Shown here piece after piece: positions 12,650 to 27,300 of a stretch of 64,000 nt of DNA. The stretch's first letter is position 1, and the number at the start of each line of letters is the position of its first letter. The DNA comes from the human T2T-CHM13v2.0 reference genome, Homo sapiens. The position numbers were made by a program, and so were the translations under genes. Below the pieces are notes generated by a model that saw nothing but the letters and a program-made list of their open reading frames with translations, ran no database searches and was not told where the DNA came from. The DNA lies in NCBI RefSeq assembly GCF_009914755.1, contig NC_060933.1. One strand, written 5' to 3'.

Positions 12650-15170
12650 CAACGCGAGTGCAGGGGAATGTAATGGAACGGAATGCAATGGAATGGAATC
12701 ATCCGGAATGGAATGGAATGGAATGGAATGGAATGGAATGGAATGGAATCAACCCGAGTGCAATGGAATGGAGTGGAATGGAATGGAATGGAATGGAACA
12801 ACCCGAATGGAATGGAATGTAATGGAGAGTAAGGGAGTTGAATAGAATCAATCCGAATGTAATAGAATGGAATGCAACGGAATGGAATGGAATGGAATGG
12901 AATGGAATGGAATGGAATGGAATGCAATGGAATTGAATCAACCTGAGTACAATGGAATGGAATGGAATGGAATGGAATGGAATGGAATGGAATGGAATGA
13001 TACGGAATAGAATGGAATGGAACGAAATGGAATGGAATGGAATGGAATGGAATGGAATGGAATGGAATGGAATGGAATGGAATCGTTCCGAGTGGAATAG
13101 GAGGGAATGTATTCGAGTGGAATGGAAAGGAATGGTATCAACCAGAGTGGAATGGAAGGGAATGGAATGGAATGGAAATTAATAGAATGGAATCAACCCG
13201 AGTGGAATGGAATGGAAAGGACTGGAATGGAATGGAATGGAATGGAATCAACTCGATTGTAATGGAATGGAATGGAATGGAATGGAATGGAATTAACCCG
13301 AATACAATGGAATGGAATGGAATGGAACGGAATGGAATGGAATGGAATGGAATCAACCCGAGTGCAGGGGAATGGAATGGAATGGAATGCAATGGAATGG
13401 AATCATCCGGAATGGAATGGAATGGAATGGAATGCAAAGCAATGGAATCAACTCGATTGCAATGGAATGGAATGGAATGGAAAGGAATACATTGGAATCA
13501 ACCCGAGTGGAATGGAATGGAAAGGACTGGAATGGAGTGGAATGGAATGGAATGGAATGGAATCAACTCGATTGGAATGGAATGGAATGGAATGGAATGG
13601 AATTAACCCGAATAGAATGGAATGGAATGGAATGGAACGGAACGGAACGGAACGGAATGGAATGGAATGGAATGGAATGGAATGGAATGGAATGGAATCA
13701 ACCCGACTGCAGGGGAATGGAATGGAATGGAATGCAATGGAATGGATTCAACTTAAATGGAATGGAAAGAATGGAATCAACACGAGTGGAATGGCATGGA
13801 TTGGAATTGAATGGAATGGAATCAACCCGAGTACAGGGGAATGGAATGGAATGGAATGCAATGGAATGGAATCATCCGTAATGGAATGGAAAGGAATGGA
13901 ATGGAATGGAATGGAATGGAATGGAATCAACTCGATTGCAATCGAATGGAATGGAATGGAATTAACCCGAATAGAATGGAATGGAATGGAATGGAACGGA
14001 ACGGAACGGAATGGAATGGATTGGAATATAATGGAATGGAATGGAATGGAACGGAAAGGAATGGAATGGAATGGAATGGAATGGAATGGAATGGAATGGA
14101 ATAAACCCGAGTGCAATGGAATGGAGTGGAATGGAATGGAATGGAATGGAACAACCCGAATGGAATGGAATGTAATGGAGAGTAAGGGAGTTGAATAGAA
14201 TCAATCCGAATGTAATGGAATGGAATGGAACGGAATGGAATTGAATGGAATGGAATGGAATGCAATGGAATGGAATCAACCCGAGTGCAATGGAATGGAG
14301 AGGAATGGAATGGAATGGAATGGAAACTACCCGAATGTAATGGAATGTAATGGATTGTAAGGGAATTGAATAGAATCAATCCGAATGTAATGGAATGGAA
14401 TGGAACGGAATGGAATGGAATGGAATGGAATGGAATGGAATGCAATGCAACGGAATGGAATCAACCCGAGTGCAATCGAATGGAATCGAATGGAATGGAA
14501 TGCAATGGAATGGATTCAACTTGAATGGAATGGAAAGAATGGAATCAACACGAGTGGAAGGGCATGGATTGGAATGCAATGGAATGGAATCAACCCGAGT
14601 ACAGGGGAATGGAATGGAATGGAATGCAATGGAATGGGAACATCCGGAAGGGAATGGAAAGGAATGGAATGGAATGGAATGGAATGGAATGGAATGGAAT
14701 CAACTTGATTGCAATCGAATGGAATGGAATGGAATTAACCCGAATAGAATGGAATGGAATGGAATGGAACGGAACGGAATGGAATGGAATGGAATGGAAT
14801 GGAATGGAACGGAACGGAACGGAATGGATGGAATGGAATGGAATGGAATGGAATGGAATCAACGCGAGTGCAGGGGAATGGAATGGAATGGAATGCAATG
14901 GAATGGAATCTTCCGGAATGGAATGGAATGGAATGAAATGCAATGGATTCAACTCGAATGCAATGGAATGGAACAGAATGGAATGGAATGGAATGGAATG
15001 GAATGGAATTAACCCGAATAGAATGGAATGGAATGGAATGGAACAGAATGGAACGGAATGGAACGGAATGGAATGGAATGGAATGGTATGGAATGGAATC
15101 GAATGGTACGGAATAGAATGGAATGGAACGAATTGTAATGGAATGGAATTGAATGGAATGGAATGGAATG
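12650..15170 (+). repeat. ~2.5-kb segment, copy 2 of 6640-9190
   Basis: Same diagnostic variants in the same order. ORF pairs 7129/13138 and 8775/14754 are near-identical. Confidence 0.85.
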
Positions 15171-18100
15171 GAATGGAATCAACGCGAGTGCAGGGGAATG
15201 TAATGGAACGGAATGCAATGGAATGGAATCATCCGGAATGGAATGGAATGGAATGGAATGGAATGGAATGGAATGGAATGGAATGGAATGGAATGATACG
15301 GAATAGAATGGAATGGAACGAAATGGAATGGAATGGAATGGAATGGAATGGAATGGAATGGAATGGAATAGAATCGTTCCGAGTGGAATAGGAGGGAATG
15401 TATTCGAGTGGAATGGAAAGGAATGGAATCAACCAGAGTGGAATGGAAGGGAATGGAATGGAATGGAAACTAATAGAATGGAATCAACCCGAGAGGAATG
15501 GAATGGAAAGGACTGGAATGGATTGGAATCAACTCGATTTTAATGGAATGGAATGGAATGGAATGGAATGGAATGGAATGGAATTAACCCGAATACAATG
15601 CAATGGATTGGAATGGAACGGAATGGAGTGGAATGGAATGGAATCAACCCGAGTGCAGGGGAATGGAATGGAATGGAATGCAATGGAATGGAATCATCCG
15701 GAATGGAATGGAATGGAATGGAATGCAACGCAATGGAATCAACTCGATTGCAATGGAATGGAATGGAATGGAAAGGAATACATTGGAATCAACCCGAGTG
15801 GAATGGAATGGAAAGGACTGGAATGGAGTGGAATGGAATGGAATGGAATGGAATGGAATGAACTCGATTGGAATGGAATGGAATGGAATGGAATGGAATG
15901 GAATTAACCCGAATAGAATGGAATGGAATGGAATGGAACGGAACGGAAACGAATGAAATGGAATGGAATGGAATGGAATGGAATGGAATGGAAACAACCC
16001 GACTGCAGGGGAATGGAATGGAATGGAATGCAATGGAATGGATTCAACTTGAATGGAATGGAAAGAATGGAATCAACACGAGTGGAATGGCATGGATTGG
16101 AATGGAATGGAATGGAATCAACCCGAGTACAGAGGAATGGAATGGAATGGAATGCAATGGAATGGAATAATACGTAATGGAATGGAAAGGAATGGAATGG
16201 AATGGAATGGAATGGAATGGAATGGAATGGAATGGAATCAACTCGATTGCAATCGAATGGAATGGAATGGAATTAACCCGAATATAATGGAATGGAATGG
16301 AATGGAACGGAACGGAACGGAATGGAATGGATTGGAATGGAATGGAATGGAATGGAATGGAATCAACGCGAGTGCAGGGAAATGGAATGGAATGGAATGC
16401 AATGGAATGGAATCTTCCGGAATGGAATGGAATGGAATGGAATGGAATGGAATGGAATGGAATAAACCCGAGTGCAATGGAATGGAGTGGAATGGAATGG
16501 AATGGAATGGAACAACCCGAATGGAATGGAATGTAATGGAGAGTAAGGGAGTTGAATAGAATCAATCCGAATGTAATGGAATGGAATGGAACGGAATGGA
16601 ATTGAATGGAATGGAATGGAATACAATGGAATGGAATCAACCCGAGTTCAATGGAATGGAGAGGAATGGAATGGAATGGAATGGAAACTACCCGAATGGA
16701 ATGGAATGTAATGGAGTGTAAGGGAATTGAATAGAATCAATCCGAATGTAACGGAATGGAATGGAACGGAATGGAATGGAATGGAATGGAATGGAATGGA
16801 ATGGAATGCAATGGAATGGAATCAACCCGAGTACAATCGAATGGAATCGAATGGAATGGAATGCAATGGAATGGATTCAACTTGAATGGAATGGAAAGAA
16901 TGGAATCAACACGAGTGGAATGGCATGGATTGGAATGGAATGGAATGGAATCAACCCGAGTACAGGGGAATGGAATGGAATGGAATGCAATGGAATGGAA
17001 TCATCCGTAATGGAATGGAAAGGAATGGAATGGAATGGAATGGAATGGAATGGAATGGAATGGAATCAACTCGATTGCAATCGAATGGAATGGAATGGAA
17101 TTAACCCGAATAGAATGGAATGGAATGGAATGGAACGGAACGGAATGGAATGGAATGGAATGGAATGGAACGGAAAGGAAGGGAATGGAATGGAATAGAA
17201 TGGAATGGAATGGAATCAACGCGAGTGCAGGGGAATGGAATGGAATGGAATGCAATGGAATGGAATCTTCCGGAATGGAATGGAATGGAATGGAATGGAA
17301 TGGAATGGAATGGAATCAACCCGAGTGCAATGGAATGGAGTGGAATGGAATGGAATGGAATGGAACAACCCGAATGGAATGGAAAGTAATGGAGAGTAAG
17401 GGAGTTGAATAGAATCAATCCGAATGTAAAGGAATGGAATGGAACGGAATGGAATTGAATGGAAAGGAATGGAATGCAATGGAATGGAATCAACCCGAGT
17501 GCAATGGAATGGAGAAGAATGGAATGGAATGGAATGGAATGGAATGGAACGGAACGGAATGGAATGGAATGGAATGGAATGGAATGGAACGGAATGGAAC
17601 GGAACGGAATGGAATGGAATGGAATGGAATGGAATGGTATCAACGCGAGTGCAGGGGAATGGAATGGAATGGAATGCAATGGAATGGAATCTTCCGCAAT
17701 GGAATGGAATAGAATGGAATGGAATGAAATGCAATGGATTCAACTCGATTGCAATGGAATGGAATAGAATGGAATGGAATGGAATGGAATGGAATTAATC
17801 CGAATAGAATGGAATGGAATGGAATGGAACGGAATGGAACGGAATGGAATGGAATGGAATGGAATGCAATGGTATGGAATGGAATGGAGTGGTACGGAAT
17901 AGAATGGAATGGAACGAATTGTAATGGAATGGAATTGAATGGAATGGAATGGAATGGAATGGAATGAACGCGAGTGCAGGGGAATGTAATGGAACGGAAT
18001 GCAATGGAATGGAATCATCCGGAATGGAATGGAATGGAATGGAATGGAATGGAATGGAATGGAATCACCCCGAGTGCAATGGAATGGAGTGGAATGGAAT

Positions 18101-21100
18101 GGAATGGAATGGAACAACCCGAATGGAGTGGAATGTAATGGAGAGTAAGGGAGTTGAATAGAATCAATCCGAATGTAATGGAATGGAATGCAACGGAATG
18201 GAATGGAATGGAATGGAATGGAATGCAATGGAATTGAATCAACCCGAGTACAATGGAATGGAATGGAATGGAATGGAATGGAATGGAATGGAATGGAATG
18301 ATACGGAATAGAATGGAATGGAACGAAATGGAAAGGAATGGAATGGAATGGAATGGAATGGAATGGAATGGAATGGAATGGAATGAAATCGTTCCGAGTG
18401 GAATAGGAGGGAATGTATTCGAGTGGAATGGAAAGGAATGGTATCAACCAGAGTGGAATGGAGGGGAATGGAATGGAATGGAAACTAATAGAATGGAATC
18501 AACCCGAGTGGAATGGAATGGAAAGGACTGGAATGGAATGGAATGGAATGGAATCAACTCGATTGTAATGGAATGGAATGGAATGGAATGGAATGGAATG
18601 GAATCGAATGGAATGGAATTAACCCGAATACAATGGAATGGAATGGAATGGAACGGAATGGAGTGGAATGGAATGGAATCAACTCGATTGCAATCGAATG
18701 GAATGGAATGGAATTAACCCGAATAGAATGGAATGGAATGGAATGGAACGGAACGGAATGGAATGGAATGGAATTGAATGGAATGGAAGGGAAAGGAAGG
18801 GAATGGAATGGAATACAATGGAATGGAATGAAATCAACGCCAGTGCAGGGGAATGGAATGGAATGGAATGCAATGGAATGGAATCTTCCGGAATGGAATG
18901 GAATGGAATGGAATGGAATGAAATCAACCCGACTGCAATGGAATGGAGTGGAATGGAATGGAATGGAATGGAACAACCCGAATGGAATGGAATCGAATGG
19001 AGAGTAAGGGAGTTGAATAGAATCAATCCGAATGTAAAGGAATGGAATGGAACGGAATGGAATTGAATGGAATGGAATTGAATGCAATGGAATGGAATCA
19101 ACCCGAGTGCAATGGAATGGAGAGGAATGGAATGGAATGGAATGGAAACTACCCGAATGGAATGGAATGTAATGGAGTGTAAGGGAATTGAATAGACTCA
19201 ATCCGAATGTAATGGAATGGAATGGAACGGAATGGAATGGAATGGAATGGAATGGAATGGAATGGAATGCAATGGAAAGCAATCAACCCGAGTGCAATCG
19301 AATGGAATCTAATGGAATGGAATGCAATGGAATGGATTCAACTTGAATGCAATGGAAAGAATGGAATCAACACGAGTGGAATGGCATGGATTGGAATGGA
19401 ATGGAATGGAATCAACCCGAGTACAGGGGAATGGAATGGAATGGAATGCAATGGAATGGAATCATCCGTAATGGAATGCAAAGGAATGGAATGGAATGGA
19501 ATGGAATGGAATGGAATGGAATGGAATGGAATCAACTCGATTGCAATCGAATGGAATGGAATGGAATTAACCCGAATAGAATGGAATGGAATGGAATGGA
19601 ACGGAACGGAATGGAATGCAATGGAATGGAATGGAATGGAACGGAACGGAATGGAATGGAATGGAATGGAATGGAATGGAATGGAATGGAATCAACGCGA
19701 GTGCAGGGGAATGGAATGGAATGGAATGCAATGGAATGGAATCTTCCGGAATGGAATGGAATGGAATGGAACGGAATGAAATGCAATGGATTCAACTCGA
19801 TTGCAATGGAATGGAATAGAATGGAATGGAATGGAATGGAATGGAATTAATTCGAATAGAATGGAATGGAATGGAATGGAACGGAATGGAACGGAATGGA
19901 ATGGAATGGAATGGAATGGTATGGAATGGAATGGAATGGTACGGAATAGAATGGAATGGAACGAATTGTAATGGAATGGAATTGAATGGAATGGAATGGA
20001 ATGGAATGGAATCAACGCGAGTGTAGGGGAATGTAATGGAACGGAATGCAATGGAATGGAATCATCCAGAATGGAATTGAATGGAATGGAATGGAATGGA
20101 ATCAACCCGAGTGCAATGGAATGGAGTGGAATGGAATGGAATGGAATGGAACAACACGAATGGAATTGAATGTAATTGAGAGTAAGGGAGTTGAATAGAA
20201 TCAATCCGAATGTAATGGAATGGAATGCAACGGAATGGAATTGAATGGAATGGAATGGAATGGAATGGAATGCCTTCAAACCGAAACGAATGGAAAGGAA
20301 TGGAATCAACACGAGTGGAAAGGAATGGAATGGAAAGGAATGGAATGGAATGGAATGGTACGGAATAGAATGGAATGGAACGAACTGGAATGGAATGGAA
20401 TGGAATGGAATGTTATGGAATGGAATCGTTCCGAGTGGAATAGGAGGGAATGTATTCGAGTGGAATGGAAAGGAATGGAATCAACCAGAGTGGAATGGAA
20501 GGGAATGGAATGGAATGGAAACTAATAGAATGGAATCAACCCGAGTGGAATGGAATGGAAAGGACTGGAATGGAATGGAATGGAATGGAATGGAATGGAA
20601 TCAACTCGATTGTAATGGAATGGAATGGAATGGAATTGAATGGAATGGAATTAACCCGAATAGAATGGAATGGAATGGAATGGAACGGGACGGAACGGAA
20701 CGGAACGGAATGGAATGGAATGGAATGGAATGGAACGGAAAGGAATGGAATGGAATGGAATGGAATGGAATGGAATGGAATGGAATGAAATCAACGCGAG
20801 TGCAGGGGAATGGAATGGAATGGAATGCAATGGAATGGAAGCTTCCGGAATGGAATGGAATGGAGTGGAATGGAATGGAATGGAATGGAATAAACCCGAG
20901 TGCAATGGAATGGAGTGGAATGGAATGGAATGGAATGGAATGGAATGGAATGGAATCAACTCGATTGCAGTCGAATGGAATGGAATGGAATCAACCCGAC
21001 TGCAGGGCAATGGAATGGAATGGAATGCAATGGAATGGATTCAACTTGAATGGAATGGAAAGAATGGAATGGAATGGAATGGAATGGAATGGAATGGAAT

Positions 21101-21559
21101 GGAATCAACTCGATTGCAGTCGAATGGAATGGAATGGAATTAACCCGAATAGAATGGAATGGAATGGAATGGAACGGAACGGAACGGAACGGAATGGAAT
21201 GGAATGGAATGGAATGGAACGGAAAGGAATGGAATGGAATGGAATGGAATGGAATGGAATGGAATGGAATGGAATCAACGCGAGTGCAGGGGAATGGAAT
21301 GGAATGGAATGCAATGGAATGGAATCATCTGGAATGGAATGGAATGGAATCAACCCGAGTGCAATGGAAGGGAGTGGAATGGAATGGAATGGAATGGAAC
21401 AACCCGAATGGAATGGAATGTAATGGAGAGTAAGGGAGTTGAATAGAATCAATCCGAATGTAATGGAATGGAATGCAACGGAATAGAATGGAATGGAATG
21501 CAATGGAATGCAATCAACCCGAGTACAATGGAATGGAATGGAATGGAATGGAATGGAAT

Positions 21560-24300
21560 GGAATGGAATGGAATGGAATCAACTCGATTGCAATCGAATG
21601 GAATGGAATGGAATTAACCCGAATAGAATGGAATGGAATGGAACGGAACGGAATGGAATGGAATGGAATGGAATGGAACGGAACGGAATGGAATGGAATG
21701 CAATGGAATGGAATCAACTTGAATGGAATGGAAAGAATGGAAACAACACGAGTGGAATGGCATGGATTGGAATGGAATGGAATGGAATCAACCCGAGTAC
21801 AGGGGAATGGAATGGAATGGAACGGAACGGAATGGAATGGAATGGAATGGAACGGAATGGCACGGAATGGAATGGAATGGAGTGGAATGGAATGGTATGG
21901 AATGGAACGGAATGGTACGGAATAGAATGGAATGGAACGAATTGAAATGGAATGGAATTGAATGGAATGGAATGGAATGGAATGGAATCAACGCGAGTGC
22001 AGGGGAATGTAATGGAACGGAATGCAATCGAATGGAATCATCCGGAATGGAATGGAATGGAATGGAATGGAATGGAATCAACCCGAGTGCAATGGAATGG
22101 AGTGGAATGGAATGGAATGGAATGGAACAACCCGAATGGAATGGAATGGAATGGAGAGTAAGGGAGTTGAATAGAATCAATCCGAATGTAATGGAATGGA
22201 ATGCAACGGAATGGAATGGAATAGAATGGAATGGAATGCAATGGAATGGAATCAACACGAGTACAATGGAATGGAATGGAATAGAATGGAATGGAATGGA
22301 ATGGAATGGAATGATACGGAATAGAATGGAATGGAACGAAATTGAATGGAATGGAATGGAATGGAATGGAATGGAATGGAATGGAATGGAATGGAATGGA
22401 ATCGTTCCGAGTGGAATAGGAGGGAATGTATTCGAGTGGAATGGAAAGGAATGGAATCAACCAGAGTGGAATGGAAGGGAATGGAATGGAATGGAAACTA
22501 ATAGAATGGAATCAACCCGAGTGGAATGGAATGGAAAGGACTGGAATGGAATGGAATGGAATGGAATCAACTCGATTGTAATGGAATGGAATGGAATGGA
22601 ATGGAATGGAATGGAATGGAATTAACCCGAATACAATGGAATGGAATGGAATGGAACGGAATGGAGTGGAATGGAATGGAATCAACCCGAGTGCAGGGGA
22701 ATGGAATGGAATGGAATGCAATGGAATGGAATCATCCGGAATGGAATGGAATGGAATGGAATGCAAAGCAATGGAATCAACTAGATTGCAATGGAATGGA
22801 ATGGAATGGAATGGAATACATTGGAATCAACCCGACTGGAATGGAATGGAAAGGACTGGAATGGAGTGGAATGGAATGGAATGAAATGGAATGGAATGGA
22901 ATCAACTCGATTGGAATGGAATGGAATGGAATGGAAAGGAATGGAATTAACCCGAGTAGAAAGGAATGGAATGCAATGGAACGGAACGGAACGGAATGGA
23001 ATGGAATGTAATGGAATGGAATCAATCCGACTACAGGGGAATGGAATGGAATGGAATGCAATGGAATGGATTCAACTTGAATGGAATGGAAAGAATGGAA
23101 TCAACACGAGTGGAATGGCATGGATTGGAATGGAATGGAATGGAATCAACCCGAGTACAGGGGAATGGAATGGAATGGAATGCAATGGAATGGAATCATC
23201 CGTAATGGAATGGAAAGGAATGGAATGGAATGGAATGGAATGGAATGGAATGGAATGGAATGGAATCAACTCGATTGCAATCGAATGGAATGGAATGGAA
23301 TTAACCCGAATAGAATGGAATGGAATGGAATGGAACGGAACGGAACGGAACGGAATGGAATGGAATGGAATGGAACGGAAAGGAATGGAATGGAATGGAA
23401 TGGAATGGAATGGAATGGAATGGAATGGAATCAACGCGAGTGCAGGGGAATGGAATGGAATGGAATGCAATGGAATGGAATCTTCCGGAATGGAATGGAA
23501 TGGAATGGAATGGAATGGAATAAACCCGAGTGCAATGGAATGGATTGGAATGGAATGGAATGGAATGGAACAACCCGAATGGAATGGAATGTAATGGAGA
23601 CTAAGGGAGATGAATAGTATCAATCCGAATGTAATCGAATGGAAAGGAACGGAATGGAATTGAATGGAATGGAATGGATTGCAATGGAATGGAATCAACC
23701 CGAGTGCAATGGAATGGAGAGGAATGGAATGGAATGGAATGGAAACTACCCGAATGGAATGGAATGTAATGGAGTGTAAGGGAATTGAATAGAATCAATC
23801 CGAATGTAATGGAATGGAATGGAACGGAATGGAATAGAATGGAATGGAATGGAATGGAATGCAATGGAATGGAATCAACCCGAGTGCAATCGAATGGAAT
23901 CGAATGGAATGCAATGCAATGGAATGGATTCAACTTGAATGGAATGGAAAGAATGGAATCAACACGAGTGGAAGGGCATGGATTGGAATGCAATGGAATG
24001 GAATCAACCTGAGTACAGGGGAATGGAATGGAATGGAATGAAATGGAATGGAATCATCCGTAATGGAATGGAAAGGAATGGAATGGAATGGAATGGAATG
24101 GAATGGAATGGAATGGAATGGAATGGAATCAACACGATTGCAATCGAATGGAATGGAATGAAATTAACCCGAATAGAATGGAATGGAATGGAATGGAACG
24201 GAACGGAATGGAATGGAATGGAATGGAATGGAACGGAGCGGAACGGAACGGAATTTAATGGAATGGAACGGAATGGAATCAACGCGAGTGCAGGGGAATG
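21560..24300 (+). repeat. ~2.7-kb segment with a dispersed relative ~28 kb downstream (~49560-52340)
   Basis: Shared rare variants: GGAAACAACACGAG (~21740/49723), CCCGAGTAGAAAGG (22951/51000), GGAGACTAAGGGAGATGAATAGTATC (23596/51656), CAACACGATT...GAAATTAACC, GGAGCGG. Internal indels differ. Confidence 0.75.
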
Positions 24301-27300
24301 GAATGGAATGGAATGCAATGGAATGGAATCATCCGGAATGGAATGGAATGGAATGGAATGCAAAGCAATGGAATCAACTCGATTGCAATGGAATGGAATG
24401 GACTGGAAAGGAATACATTGGAATCAACCCGAGTGGAATGGAATGGAAAGGACTGGAATGGAGTGGAATGGAATGGAATAGAATGGAATGGAATCAACTC
24501 GATTGGAATGGAATGGAACGGAATGGAATGGAATGGAATTAACCCGAATAGAATGGAATGGAATGAAATGGAATGGAACGGAACGGAATGGAATGGAATC
24601 GAATGGAATGGAATGGAATGGAATGGAATGGAATGGAATCAACCCGACTGCAGGGGAATGGAATGGAATGGAATGCAATGGAATGGATTCAACTTGAATG
24701 GAATGGAAAGAATGGAATCAACACGAGTGGAATGGCATGGATTGGAATGGAATGGAATGGAATCAACCCGAGTACAGGGGAATGGAATGGAATGGAATGC
24801 AATGGAATGGAATCATCCGTAATGGAATGGAAAGGAATGGAATGGAATGGAATGGAATGGAATCGAATGGAATGGAATCAACTCGATTGCAATCGAATGG
24901 AATGGAATGTAATTAACCGAATAGAATGGAATGGAATGGAATGCAACGGAACGGAATGGAATGGAATGGAATGGAATGGAATGGAACGGAAAGGAAGGGA
25001 ATGGAATGGAATAGAATGGAATGGAATGGAATCAACGCGAGTGCAGGGGAATGGAATGGAATGGAATGCAATGGAATGGAATCTTCCGGAATGGAATGGA
25101 ATGGAATGGAATGGAATGGAATAAACCCGAGTGCAATGGAATGGAGTGGAATGGAATGGAATGGAATGGAACAACCCGAATGGAATGGAATGTAATGGAG
25201 AGTAAGGGAGTTGAATAAAATCAATCCGAATATAATGGAATGGAATGGAAGGGAATGGAATTGAATGGAATGGAATGGAATGCAATGGAATGGAATCAAC
25301 CCGAGTGCAATGGAATGGAGAGGAATGGAATGGAATGGAATGGAAACTACCCGAATGGAATGGAATGTAATGGAGTGTAAGGGAATTGAATAGAATCAAT
25401 CCGAATGTAATGGAATGGAATGGAACGGAATGGAATGGAATGGAATGCAATGGAATGGAATGGAATGCAATGGAATGGAATCAACCCGAGTGCAATCGAA
25501 TGGAATCGAATGGAATGCAATGGAATGTATTCAACTTGAATGGAATGGAAAGAATGGAATCAACACGAGTGGAATGGCATGGATTGGAATGCAATGGAAT
25601 GGAATCAACCCGAGTACAGTGGAATGGAATGGAATGGAATGCAATGGAATGCAACCATCCGTAATGGTATGGAAAGGAATGGAATGGTATGGAATGGAAT
25701 GGAATGGAATGGATTGGAATCAACACGATTGCAATAGAATGGAATGGAATGGAATTAACCCAAATAGAATGGAATGGAATGGAATGGAACGGAACGGAAT
25801 GGAATGGAATGGAATGGAATGGAATGGAACGGAACGGAATGGAATGGAATGGAATGGAATGGAATGGAATGGAATGGAATCAACGCGAGTGCAGGGGAAT
25901 GGAATGTAATGGAATGCAATTTAATGGAATCTTCCGGAATGGAATGGAATGGAATGGAATGGAATCAACCCGAGTGCAATGGAATTGAGTGGAATGGAAT
26001 GGAATGGAATGGAACAACCCGAATGGAATGGAATGTAATGGAGAGTAAGGGAGTTGAATAGAGTCAATCCGAATGTAATGGAATGGAATGGAAAGGAATG
26101 GAATTGAATGGAATGGAATGGAATGCAATGGAATGGAATCAACCCGAGTGCAATGGAATGGAGAGGAATGGAATGGAATGGAGTGGAAACTACCCGAATG
26201 GAATGGAATGTAATGGAGTGTAAAGGAATTGAATAGAATCAATCCGAATATAATGGAAAGGAATGGAACGGAATGGAATGGAATGGAATGGAATGGAATG
26301 GAATGGAATGGAATCAACTCGATTGCAATCGAATGGAATGGAATGGAATTAACCCGAATAGAATGGAATGGAATGGAATGGAACGGAACGGAACGGAACG
26401 GAATGGAATGGAATGGAATGGAACGGAAAGGAATGGAATGGAATGGAATGGAATGGAATGGAATGGAATGGAATCAACGCGAGTGCAGGGGAATGGAATG
26501 GAATGGAATGCAATGGAATGGAATCTTCCGGAATGGAATGGAATGGAATGGAATGGAATGGAATAAACCCGAGTACAATGGAATGGAGTGGAATGGAATG
26601 GAATGGAATGGAACAACCCGAATGGAATGGAATGTAATGGAGACTAAGGGAGATGAATAGTATCAATCCGAATGTAATCGAATGGAATGGAACGGAATGG
26701 AATTGAATGGAATGGAATGGATTGCAATGGAATGGAATCAACCCGAGTGCAATGGAATGGAGAGGAATGGAATGGATTGGAATGGAAACTACCCGAATGG
26801 AATGGAATGTAATGGAGTGTAAGGGAATTGAATAGAATCAATCCGAATGTAATGGAATGGAATGGAACGGAATGGAATAGAATGGAATGGAATGGAATGG
26901 AATGCAATGGAATGGAATCAACCCGAGTGCAATCGAATGGAATCGAATGGAATGGAATGCAATGGAATGGATTCAACTTGAATGGAATGGAAAGAATGGA
27001 ATCAACACGAGTGGAACTGCATGGATTGCAATGCAATGGAATGGAATCAACCCGAGTACAGGGGAATGGAATGGAATGGAATGCAATGGAATGGAATCAT
27101 CCGTAATGGAATGGAAAGGAATGGAATGGAATGGAATGGAATGGAATGGAATGGAATGGAATCAACACGATTGCAATCGAATGGAATGGAATGAAATTAA
27201 CCCGAATAGAATGGAATGGAATGGAATGGAACGGAACGGAATGGAATGGAATGGAATGGAATGGAACGGAGCGGAACGGAACGGAATTTAATGGAATGGA

